This document shows, in pieces, positions 39,903-48,952 of a DNA stretch of 64,000 nucleotides (within the stretch, counting starts at the first letter, position 1; each line of letters begins with the position of its first letter). This DNA comes from an uncultured Chloroflexia bacterium. Lineage in GTDB: Bacteria; Chloroflexota; Limnocylindria; Limnocylindrales; CSP1-4. The notes under the pieces are model-generated. The model did not search any database. It saw only the letters and a program-made list of their open reading frames with translations, and was not told the DNA's origin. Location: contig CAVVJT010000010.1 of assembly GCA_963748625.1 (NCBI GenBank), forward strand, positions 1,341,631-1,405,630. The letters are read 5' to 3'. The translations under genes and the position numbers were made by a program.

Positions 39903-41045
39903 ATGTACGGGCGCGCGACCATGGCCGATGTCGCACGACGTGCGGGTGTCTCGATCTCGACGGTGAGCCGTGTGCTCGCCGGCGAGGCGAAGGTCCGGCC
40001 GGCGACATCGGCCGCGATCGACCGGGCCGTGAGCGATCTGGGCTACCGCCGCAATGAGGTCGGGCGCTCGCTGCGCACCGGCTCCACCGGGGTCATCGGC
40101 CTGCTGGTGGACGACCTGGGGGACGGCGGCTCGGCAGCGCTGCTGCGCGGGATCGACGCGGAGGCAACCGCCGCCGGCTACTCCGTGCTGCTCGCCACCG
40201 TGGACCGAACGGCACCCGGGGCCGCCCAGCGCTTGGGCGCGATGGCCGCCTACCGGGTAGATGGCATGGTCATCGCCTGCGGGCTGCCGGGCAAGGAGCT
40301 CGCCGGGCTGCTGCGCCACGTGCGCGTGCCGTGCGTCGTCATCGACGGCGGGCCCCTGCCAGCCGATGCGCTGGGCGTCGGCACGGACGATGTCGGCGGA
40401 GCGGCAGCCGCCGCGCGCCACTTGTACGACCTTGGTCACCGCGACGTGGCCTACCTCCGTGGTCCGGCTGCATCACCCAGGGCGCAGGCCCGCACGCGCG
40501 GGTTCGCTGCCGGATGGCTGGCCGCGGCCGGCGTATCCACCGCTGCGGAGGTCAGCAGCGATGGGACGCACGACGGGGGCATGCACGCGGTCGAGCGCCT
40601 GCTCGCCAGCGGCTGGCGGGGCACCGCGATCGCATGCATCAACGACACCGCTGCCATCGGGGCCATGGCGGCACTCGCGGCCGCTGGCCTGCACGTGCCC
40701 GATGATGTCAGCGTGGTGGGCTACGACGACCTGCCGGCTGGCACCTGGGTCGACCCAACGCTGACGACCGTCCGGCCGCCGACGGCCGAGATCGCTTCCG
40801 TGGCGGTCACCGCGCTGGTCTCGCGCCTCAACGGGCTCCAGGCGCCGTCCTTGCTCGATGCAGCCGCGATGCCGCCGACCCTGGTGGTACGCGAGTCGAG
40901 CGCACCGGTCTCCGTGCGCCCGCCTGCACTGGGTGTCGAACCAGCCGTGCCGACCGAACCCCGAAGTGTCCGCGACCGGACCCGGACCGCCGTGCCGGGC
41001 CCGCGCCGCCACCACGCCACGGCGCCCACTGCAGCGTCCCGCTGA
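39903..41045 (+). CDS. LacI-family transcriptional regulator (second copy)
   Basis: ATMADVARRAGVSISTVSR, VPDDVSVVGYDD, PTLTTV, LVVRES. Confidence 0.9.
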   Translation: MYGRATMADVARRAGVSISTVSRVLAGEAKVRPATSAAIDRAVSDLGYRRNEVGRSLRTGSTGVIGLLVDDLGDGGSAALLRGIDAEATAAGYSVLLATVDRTAPGAAQRLGAMAAYRVDGMVIACGLPGKELAGLLRHVRVPCVVIDGGPLPADALGVGTDDVGGAAAAARHLYDLGHRDVAYLRGPAASPRAQARTRGFAAGWLAAAGVSTAAEVSSDGTHDGGMHAVERLLASGWRGTAIACINDTAAIGAMAALAAAGLHVPDDVSVVGYDDLPAGTWVDPTLTTVRPPTAEIASVAVTALVSRLNGLQAPSLLDAAAMPPTLVVRESSAPVSVRPPALGVEPAVPTEPRSVRDRTRTAVPGPRRHHATAPTAASR

Positions 41046-41057
41046 GAGGAGTCACCC

Positions 41058-41849
41058 ATGGCCACCCCGATGTTCCCGCTCGCCGTCACCACCGAGATGT
41101 TCTGGCAGGAGGTCCCGTACCTGGAGCGCGTCCGGCGCATCAGCGACCTGGGCTTCCAGGTGGAGATGTGGGACTGGACCACCAAGGACCTCGACGCCGT
41201 CGCGGCCCTGGGCGCCACCTGGTCCACGATGACCGGCTACATCCACGGCGACCTCTACGACGCCGACGGCGGCCGCGAGATGGTCCGCACCGCGAGGCTC
41301 TCGATCGAGGCCGCGAAGAGGATCGGGTGCCCGCGCCTGGTCGTCCACGGCGCCGAGCTCGACGGGTCGCGCAACGGCCTGCCCTTCCGGCCCCAGGACG
41401 TCGTCACCGGGCAGATGTGGCTCAACGCCTACCGGACCCTGTCGGAGCTCGCGGACCTGGGCGAGGCCAACGGCGTCGTGTTCTGCCTCGAGAACCTCAA
41501 CCTGTACGTGGACCACATGGGCACCCCCTTCGGCAAGGCGGAGGACACGCTGACCCTGGTGTCCACCCTCGACCGCCCCGGCGTGCGGATGATGCTCGAC
41601 CTGTACCACGCCCAGATCGGCGAGGGGAACCTCATCGAGCTGTGCGCGAAGGCGGGCGCGAACATCGGCGAGATCCAGGTGGCCGACGTCCCCGGGCGCA
41701 TGGAGCCCGGGACGGGCGAGGTGAACTGACACGCCGTGGCGGTCGCGCTCAAGGCGCAGGGCTACACGGGCGTCGTGGGCCTCGAGGCCACCGCGTCGGG
41801 CGATCCCGTCGTCGCGATGGAGGCCTTCCGGGCCGCATTCAGCGAGTAG
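41058..41849 (+). pseudogene. Hydroxypyruvate-isomerase-family TIM barrel with an in-frame TGA at 41727
   Basis: LENLN, DLYHAQIGEGN, QVADVPGRMEPGTGEVN*HAVAVALKAQGYTGVVGLEA continues in frame to TAG at 41849. Confidence 0.8.
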
Positions 41850-41927
41850 GCGCCGCGGGGGCAGCGCGGGGGAGCACGTCGGCCGGCTCCTCCGGTTCCG
41901 GCACCGGTCACCGGTCACCGGTCGATC

Positions 41928-42096
41928 CCTGCCAGTCAGTACAAGGACGACTATTCGTCAGCGGGCTCCTGACAGGATCCCCTCTGACTGCGGAACTGGC
42001 AGTAGGAATTGCCCGATTCGGCCTCCGCAACGCCCGTTTCTGGGTCCTTTGAGGGTTCGGGCTTGACGAACAGTCGTCCTTTGACTATCTGACAGG
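41928..42096. mobile_element. 169-bp MITE-like element with 33-bp terminal inverted repeats
   Basis: 41928-41960 versus reverse complement of 42064-42096: 27/33 identical; ends CCTG...CAGG. Confidence 0.55.
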
Positions 42097-42100
42097 AACG

Positions 42101-43339
42101 ATGACGATCGCGACCGACACCCACGTGCTGCGCGAGCTCGCGCACAAGCTCACCGAGATCGCGGCGCTGCCCGTGCAGCACGAGCGCATCCGCCAGTGGA
42201 CGGCGCTCAACGCGCTGCGGCCCGAGCGGCCGATGGTCTCGATCGACCAGATCCCGTGGCACGAGATGAACGTCGACGACGAGCTCACCCTGCGCTGCGA
42301 GGACCCGTTCCACCGGGAGCTCGAGACCACGCTGCGCCGCCAGCTCTACCAGTGGCGGCACATGCCCGCGGACCTGGTGCTCCTGCCGCGGATCGAGGTC
42401 CCCAAGGTCATCCGCAACGACGGCTGGGGCGTGCAGATCACCGAGGACACGCTCGCCACCGATGCCGGCAACGACATCGTGAGCCATGCGTTCATCGACC
42501 AGGTCCAGACACCCGAGGACGCGGCCAGGATCAGGACCCCGAACGTCTGGCTCGAGGAGGCCGCCACGGCGGAACGCGAGGCCCGGGCGCACGAGATCTT
42601 CGACGGCATCCTCGAGGTGCTCATGCAGGGCCTGCTGCCCTCGTACGAGCTGTGGGACGAGATCGTCCAGCTGCGCAACCCCGAGGTCACCCTGTTCGAC
42701 CTCGCGGACCGGCCCGAGTTCATGATGGAGGTCGCGCAGCGCTGGTCCACGGCACACCTGGAGTGGCTCGACCGGCTCGAGGCGCAGGGGCTCCTGGGCC
42801 GGCACCAGATGTGGATCCACTGCACGGGCGCCTTCACCGACGAGCTGCCGGCCGAGGGGTACGACCCCGCGAAACCCCGGGCGAAGGACCTGTGGACCTA
42901 CGGCATGGCCCAGATCTTCGGCTCGGTGTCGGCGGCGATGCACGCGGAGTTCGAGCTGCCGTTCGCGCAGGCCTGGTACGGGCGCTTCGGCCTCGGCTAC
43001 TACGGCTGCTGCGATCCGCTCCACAACAAGATCGACATCATCCGCCAGATCCCCAACGTGCGGAAGATCTCCATCAGCCCCTGGGCGAAGCTCGATCTTG
43101 CCGCGGAGCGCATCGGCGGCGACTTCGTCATGTCGCGCAAGCCCAGTCCCACCCCGCTTGCGATGGACTCGCTCGACCTCGACGCCTCGGAGGCCGACGT
43201 TCGACGCACGATCGAGGTCTGCCGGGAGAGCGGGACGCCCGTCGAGCTGATCCTCAAGGACATCAGCACCCTCCGCTACGAGCCCCAGCGCCTCTGGGCG
43301 TGGGAGGAGCTCGTCATGCGCATCGTCAACGAGCAGTAG
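42101..43339 (+). CDS. URO-D/methyltransferase-superfamily protein (paralog 2)
   Basis: Colinear with 25027..26316: WTALN..PERPM, IPWHEM, IHCTGA, YGCCDPLHNKID, ELILKDIST. Confidence 0.8.
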   Translation: MTIATDTHVLRELAHKLTEIAALPVQHERIRQWTALNALRPERPMVSIDQIPWHEMNVDDELTLRCEDPFHRELETTLRRQLYQWRHMPADLVLLPRIEVPKVIRNDGWGVQITEDTLATDAGNDIVSHAFIDQVQTPEDAARIRTPNVWLEEAATAEREARAHEIFDGILEVLMQGLLPSYELWDEIVQLRNPEVTLFDLADRPEFMMEVAQRWSTAHLEWLDRLEAQGLLGRHQMWIHCTGAFTDELPAEGYDPAKPRAKDLWTYGMAQIFGSVSAAMHAEFELPFAQAWYGRFGLGYYGCCDPLHNKIDIIRQIPNVRKISISPWAKLDLAAERIGGDFVMSRKPSPTPLAMDSLDLDASEADVRRTIEVCRESGTPVELILKDISTLRYEPQRLWAWEELVMRIVNEQ

Positions 43340-43439
43340 CCACCGACCAGGCGTCCAGTCCTCGATCCGAGGTTCGGGGATCGTCTCGTCCTATCCGCAA
43401 GCGTACGTGGCCGATCCGCCTGTGCGCGTCGGGCCATCT

Positions 43440-44453
43440 TCAGTTGCCGTCGCTAACGCCCCAAACCAGCCCCATCGCCTCGATACGCGCAATCGACTCG
43501 GCCACACCCGCCGCGGCAGCAAGATCTTCTGCCAGCGCCTGCGCACGTTCGACGCTCGTCCGCCCGCTGGGGTCCCCAACGTGGAACACGAGTCGAGCGA
43601 CGCCCGCCACTTCAGCCGCAAGGATCTGGACCAGCGTCATCATGACCCGGTTGCCGCCGAACGCCCCGCATCCCCAGAAACCGGAGTGGATGGCGACCAT
43701 GGCATCGGGGCCGGCCGTCCGCCTCGACTCGAGAACGGCGGCCCGGAAACCAGAGTGGGCCGTGCTGATGGCAAGGCCGATCTGCTCCCGCTGGTATCGG
43801 CCGCGACCCCCGTACGGAGCCACGATCGCGATGATGTTGGAGGCCGTGGGCGGATCGATCCGTGTCGTCGCCTCGCGAACGGCGTCGGCCGTTGCCCTCG
43901 CGAACGCCATGCCATACAGCCAGCTCGGGCCGCCGACCCCTGACCCCGGTGCGGTACGGATACGGATGCGCCGCTCGGCCCCCATGACGAGCACCGGCGT
44001 CGGACGACCGTTCTCGATCGTCGTGGTCGGACGGCCTTCCGCGACGAGCGCCTCGCGGAGCGACCCCAGGACCGGATGCTCGGCGACTTGGATCTCGTCC
44101 TGGGCGAAGAGGGCCGAGCCATAGGCGTAGAAGAGATTGGGATCGGCGAAGTTGACGTGCCACTCGACGCCGACGCCCGGATCAAGGATCGGGCGGTAGT
44201 CGTAGTAGCCATCCCGAACCACGACCAGTCGGGCGGCGCTGGCATGGTCTACCTCTCGGGCAAACGGAAGCTCCGGCCAGCGGCTGTACTCGAGCTGACC
44301 AGCGTGGGCGGCGCCGGCCGGACACGCGATCTCGAAGGCAACCTGCTTGTTCTCGTTGCGACGCACCCCCGGGTGCTGCCGCACCAGCTGCGCCGCTGGG
44401 TAGGTGCGCCGCTGGAGCGGCTCGGGGACCGACGGATCTCGCGGTTCGGTCAA
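43440..44453 (-). CDS. Poly(ADP-ribose) glycohydrolase (PARG)-like macrodomain protein
   Basis: TTG after GGAGGGGG; VNFAD...AQDEIQ..EHP; HSGFWGCGAFGGN. Confidence 0.75.
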   Translation of the reverse strand: MTEPRDPSVPEPLQRRTYPAAQLVRQHPGVRRNENKQVAFEIACPAGAAHAGQLEYSRWPELPFAREVDHASAARLVVVRDGYYDYRPILDPGVGVEWHVNFADPNLFYAYGSALFAQDEIQVAEHPVLGSLREALVAEGRPTTTIENGRPTPVLVMGAERRIRIRTAPGSGVGGPSWLYGMAFARATADAVREATTRIDPPTASNIIAIVAPYGGRGRYQREQIGLAISTAHSGFRAAVLESRRTAGPDAMVAIHSGFWGCGAFGGNRVMMTLVQILAAEVAGVARLVFHVGDPSGRTSVERAQALAEDLAAAAGVAESIARIEAMGLVWGVSDGN

Positions 44454-44760
44454 TTCCCCCTCCACTATCGGGCCGTGCTTTCGTCTACCGCCGTGAAGTC
44501 GCACCTGCGACAGCCAGTTGGGCGTGGCCTGGGCGGGGGGTCGCTCGTCAGGACGTCGTGGCCTCGGTCGGCCAAGTCCAGGTCTTGGAATTCACGCAGA
44601 ACGGCCCCTGAGCCGGCAGGACGCCCACGGCGACTCTACGCCGTTCTCCAGCTGTTTCGCCTGCATCTCTCAGTCTGCCGTCCGGTTGGATCGCGCTGAG
44701 CGGCCGGACACGTTCGTCCGACCGGCATGGATCTGCGTCGACTGAGGCGGCGCCTTCTGC

Positions 44761-45618
44761 TCAGCCGGACGCGTCCGGCGCCCAGCCCTCGAGCGTGAGG
44801 GCCGACGCGACTGCACGGGCCAGCTTCGTCCCAACCTCGCCGAACCGGGGCAGGGGCTGGCCGGTCGCCTCGTTGCAGTAGAGGCCGCGGCGCACCTCGA
44901 TCATCACCGAGGCCACGCGCCGGTCGAGCTGGTACGCGGACAGCGGCACGATCGTTCCGGCGAAGGGTCTGTCCACCGTGACCGCGAAGCCCTCGGCAGC
45001 AAGTCCGGCCACGAGGGCGTCGGCGAGGGCCGACGGCGTGTGGAAGGCGTCCGTCCCGATGCAGACGTCGGGGCGGTCGGGGGCCTGGTCCGGCTCGGAC
45101 GCCAGCGGCTGCGTCGCGAACGAGTGGCAGTCGAGCAGCAGGCACCTGCCGTCGGTGGCCAGCCGCTCGCCAACCAGCCCCGCCAGGTCCGCGTGGTAGG
45201 GGGAGAAGTAGGTGCCCAGCAGCGCGTCGCGCTCTCCATCGAGGAGCTCGCGCAGCGCTGAGCCATCGGACGTGCGCGTGTAGACGGCGCCCTGCCCGAC
45301 GGCGGCCATCGGCTCCTGCGCGTCGTCGGTGAACCGCTCCGGGTCCACGACCAGCCGCGAGACGCCGTTCACAAGCCGCGTCGCGCCGAGCCGGCCCGTG
45401 AACGCGAAGAGCGTGTCCGTGTGCCAATCGGTCATGTGGACGAGTTCGCGTGCGAGGGCCTCGTCGCTGACGAGCAGGCGGGCGCGCACCTCCGAGGGGA
45501 TCACCGTGGAGGCGTGCGGGATGTGCGCGACGATCGGCGACGCCATCCCGGGCGGGCCGATGATCGAGCGCGGCAGCAGCCTGTCCACGTCCCCCTCTCG
45601 GCTGGGTTGAGTAGCCAT
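44761..45618 (-). CDS. N-formylglutamate amidohydrolase family protein
   Basis: HIPHAS, TDWHTD, SRLVVDPERF, PYH, LDCHSF, SVMIEVRR. Confidence 0.9.
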   Translation of the reverse strand: MATQPSREGDVDRLLPRSIIGPPGMASPIVAHIPHASTVIPSEVRARLLVSDEALARELVHMTDWHTDTLFAFTGRLGATRLVNGVSRLVVDPERFTDDAQEPMAAVGQGAVYTRTSDGSALRELLDGERDALLGTYFSPYHADLAGLVGERLATDGRCLLLDCHSFATQPLASEPDQAPDRPDVCIGTDAFHTPSALADALVAGLAAEGFAVTVDRPFAGTIVPLSAYQLDRRVASVMIEVRRGLYCNEATGQPLPRFGEVGTKLARAVASALTLEGWAPDASG

Positions 45619-45643
45619 CGTCGAGGCGACCGCCGTGCCGACG

Positions 45644-45830
45644 TCAGATCGTGGCGAGGCGACGGCTGAACGCCATGAGCGCGTCGCCGCGGAGGACGAA
45701 CGTCACGCGTTCGATGCCCGTCTCCCCGAGCAGGTGGTCTCGAACGGCGCGTAACGCGACGTCGGCCACCGTGTCGATCGGGAACCCGAAGGTGCCGCCG
45801 CTGACGGCCGGGGCGATCACAGAGCGGCCG
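45644..45830 (-). pseudogene. C-terminal remnant of a MacroD-type macrodomain protein
   Basis: Minus-strand translation RSVIAPAVSGGTFGFPIDTVADVALRAVRDHL..IERVTFVL; no N-terminus. Confidence 0.7.
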
Positions 45831-45853
45831 ACGGAGCGGAAAGGCGCGGACGC

Positions 45854-45980
45854 CTAGCGCAGGTACGTCCAGCCCGCGGTGCGCTTCTGGATCTCGGCCA
45901 GGTTGTGCAGGCTCGACTCGCGGGCCCGCTCCTCCCAGGCGAACACGCAGACGGTCATGATCCCGTCGAACTGCAGTTCC
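45854..45980 (-). pseudogene. C-terminal remnant of an IolH-like sugar-phosphate isomerase/epimerase
   Basis: FDGIMTVCVFAWEERARESS...* with no upstream part. Confidence 0.65.
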
Positions 45981-45985
45981 TCGAC

Positions 45986-46972
45986 ATGCACCTCGGCGTC
46001 TACAACGCCTGCCTGGCCAACAAGCCGCTGGGTGAAGCTCTCGACATCATTGCCGGCCTCGGGCTCAACAGCGTCGAGATCAACTCCGGAGGCTTCCTCC
46101 CGCCCATCCACCTTCCCGTTGCCGAACTCCTCGCGAGCGAGGATGCCCGCAAGGCGTACCTCGGCGAGTTCGCCTCGCGCGGCCTGAAGCTGACGGCGCT
46201 CAACTGCAACGGCAACCCGCTCTACCCCGAGCCAGACTTCCCGCACTCCCGCGACCTCCACGAGTCGATCGAGCTGGCCGCGCTCCTGGGCGTGCAGCGC
46301 GTGGTGACGATGTCCGGCGCGCCGGGTTCCGAGCCCGGGACGCGGGTGCCCGTGTGGAACCCGCTGCCCTGGTGGAGTCCCTTCCTCGACATCCAGGACT
46401 ACCAGTGGGAGGTGGCCATCCCCTACTGGAAGGACATCCAGGCTCGCGCGGCCGATGCGGACGTGAAGATCGCGATCGAGATGCACCCGGGCAACATCGT
46501 CTTCAACCCGCGGACGATGCACCGCCTCGCCGAGGAGATCAATGCGACCCACGTCGGCGCCGAGATGGACCCGAGCCACCTGTTCTGGCAGGGAATCGAC
46601 CCGGTGCTCGCTGTGGCCGACCTCGGCGGGCTCGTCTACAACGCTGCCGCCAAGGACACGCGCATCAACGAGATGGCGAAGATCAACGGCGTCATCGACG
46701 ATGCGTTCTCGCGCGTCGCACCCGGCGAGCCCGGCTACCTGCCGCTGGGGCCGGGGACCGCGTTGAGCGGCTGGCCGAAGCGCCCGTCGTGGGACTTCGT
46801 CGCCGTGGGACGCGGGCACGACACGGCCTACTGGGCCGACCTGATGCGCGCCTTGACGAAGGTCGACCCGGACATGGCGATCAACATCGAGCACGAGGAC
46901 CAGGAGCTGGACCCGATGGAGGGCCTCCGGTTCGCGGCCAACACGCTCCTGGAGGCCGAGAAGCTGCTCTGA
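45986..46972 (+). CDS. Sugar phosphate isomerase/epimerase (xylose-isomerase-like TIM barrel, inositol-locus type)
   Basis: MHLGVYNACL, LNCNGNPL, IEMHP, EMDPSHLFWQ, AKD, NIEHED. Confidence 0.88.
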   Translation: MHLGVYNACLANKPLGEALDIIAGLGLNSVEINSGGFLPPIHLPVAELLASEDARKAYLGEFASRGLKLTALNCNGNPLYPEPDFPHSRDLHESIELAALLGVQRVVTMSGAPGSEPGTRVPVWNPLPWWSPFLDIQDYQWEVAIPYWKDIQARAADADVKIAIEMHPGNIVFNPRTMHRLAEEINATHVGAEMDPSHLFWQGIDPVLAVADLGGLVYNAAAKDTRINEMAKINGVIDDAFSRVAPGEPGYLPLGPGTALSGWPKRPSWDFVAVGRGHDTAYWADLMRALTKVDPDMAINIEHEDQELDPMEGLRFAANTLLEAEKLL

Positions 46973-47098
46973 CCGGTCCCGGTCCCGTACGCAGCGGTCG
47001 TGGCCAACGGCCCTTGTTCCAGACGGGGCACGGACGACGATGCAGCCTGTGAGGTCACGGTCGTGGGATCCCCGACCCGCCCACAAGGAGGCCTGGCC

Positions 47099-48655
47099 GT
47101 GAAGACCGACGCCGCTCCGCCCACCGCAACCGCCAGCCCATCCGCGGGCGCCGCCCCATCCACGCGCCGCACCCTCCTCGCCTCGGCTGCCGGTGGCGTT
47201 GCCGCCCTGGTGCTCGGCGCGCTCGGCAAACCTTCGGAGGTGGACGCCGCCGCGGGCTCGGCCCTGATCATGGGCCGCACGACCAACAGCGCAGGCAGGT
47301 CGAACACGAAGCTCACCACGTCGAGCACCGGGACTGCCCTCGCCGTGGCTCAGAACGGCACGGGATCAGCCCTCTCGGGAACCACCAAGGGCAGCGGCAC
47401 CTACGGCGTCAACGCGGTGAACGCGGGTGCGGCCGGCAGCGGCGCCGCAGCCCGGGCGTCGGGCGGCAACAACCACGGGCTCATCGCGAGCACCGCCAAC
47501 AAGGCCAAGCACGCCGTGTCCGCCTCCAACTCGGCTGCGACGAATGGCGGCGGCGCAGCCGTCCGGGCGAGCGGCGGCCACAACTACGGCGTGGATGCGA
47601 CCAGCATCGATGGCAGCGCGGTTCGAGGCACGCTCAGCGGGAGCCCCGGGACATACGGCTTCCTCGGGACCAAGAGTCCCGGCGGACCGGTCGGAGTGGC
47701 CGGGCTGACGAGCGACGGCACGGGCGTCCAGGGCGGCGCCGACACCGGCATCGCGGTGTACGCGGGCTCAGACTCGGGCTCCGGGGTCTATGCCCTGTCG
47801 AACACCGGCGTTGCCGTCTACGCCACCTCGTCATCGGCCGCGATCCGCGGCGACTACAAGGACGGCACCTCCACCTTCGGCCTGATCGGCTGCCATGGCA
47901 TGGGCGATGCGGTCTTCGGCGTGGTTGGCCATTCGGTCGATGGCACCGGCGTGAGCGGCGACACCGAGACCGGCACCGGCGTGTACGGCCAGACGAATGA
48001 CGGCACGGCGCTGTACGGGTGGGCCGATACGGGCAACGCGGTCTATGGCATCTCCGGCTCGGGCTACGCCCTCTACGGCGACGGCGATGCGGTCATCACC
48101 GGCAACCTCGAGGTCGCCGGGGACCTGACCAAGGCGGGCGGCACGTTCAAGATCGACCACCCGGCCGATCCGTCGCACCGGTACCTCGTGCACAGCTTCA
48201 TCGAGAGCCCGGACCGCAAGAACGTCTACGACGGCGTGGCCGTGCTCGACGCCTCCGGCGAGGTCGTCGTCGGGCTGCCCGGGTACTTCGACGCGCTCAA
48301 CCGCGATGCGCGCATCCAGCTGACGCCGATCGGGTTGTTCAGTCCGCTCTTCGTGAAGCACGAGGTGAAGGCGGGACGCTTCACCATCGGCGGCGGCGTG
48401 GTCGGCCAGCGCGTCCACTGGCAGGTCACCGGCATCCGCAAGGATCCGTGGGCGGAGGCGCACCCGCTCGTGGTTGAGCCGAAGAAGGCGGGCGCCGAGC
48501 GCGGCACGTACCTCCACCCAGAGCTTTACGGCCAGCCCGAGACCAAGGGCCGGGCGTGGAAGGCCAGGGCCAAGGCAACGCGCGTGGCCAAGGGTGCCGC
48601 GCCATCCACGCTCGCGAACGTGGGCGTCCCCGCGGCCCCGGGTCGGACGCAGTAG
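47099..48655 (+). CDS. Tat-signal Gly-rich repeat protein with a phage-tail-fibre-like C-terminal domain
   Basis: AAGGAG-GTG; STRRTLL twin-arginine; GxGVYG repeats; KAGGTFKIDHP..YLVHSFIESP..NVYDG. Confidence 0.7.
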   Translation: MKTDAAPPTATASPSAGAAPSTRRTLLASAAGGVAALVLGALGKPSEVDAAAGSALIMGRTTNSAGRSNTKLTTSSTGTALAVAQNGTGSALSGTTKGSGTYGVNAVNAGAAGSGAAARASGGNNHGLIASTANKAKHAVSASNSAATNGGGAAVRASGGHNYGVDATSIDGSAVRGTLSGSPGTYGFLGTKSPGGPVGVAGLTSDGTGVQGGADTGIAVYAGSDSGSGVYALSNTGVAVYATSSSAAIRGDYKDGTSTFGLIGCHGMGDAVFGVVGHSVDGTGVSGDTETGTGVYGQTNDGTALYGWADTGNAVYGISGSGYALYGDGDAVITGNLEVAGDLTKAGGTFKIDHPADPSHRYLVHSFIESPDRKNVYDGVAVLDASGEVVVGLPGYFDALNRDARIQLTPIGLFSPLFVKHEVKAGRFTIGGGVVGQRVHWQVTGIRKDPWAEAHPLVVEPKKAGAERGTYLHPELYGQPETKGRAWKARAKATRVAKGAAPSTLANVGVPAAPGRTQ

Positions 48656-48952
48656 AACTCTTGGCGCCCGATCGGCAACGCGATCGAGGACAGCTCGGAG
48701 TCCTCGCGTGCGCCTGGCGATGACCCGCCCCTTCCGGGGCGCGAGGGCCGGGGCCAACATCGGCGCCTGTTGCACGATCACCGTCATGAACCCCTTCCGC
48801 GGGGCGGCCTGACGGCGTTCAGACCGCCCGTCCGCGACGGTATCGAGCACCCTCCCGCAGCGAGCGACGTCGCGACGCCTGAAGATGTGGTTTCCTGTCG
48901 CCGTACATCTGTAGACCCACCTGCAAGCGAACCGTCACCCCTTGGAGGACCC

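Noticed and set aside
41727-41729. Selenocysteine recoding
   Set aside because: The aligned position is aromatic rather than Cys, and no convincing SECIS hairpin follows
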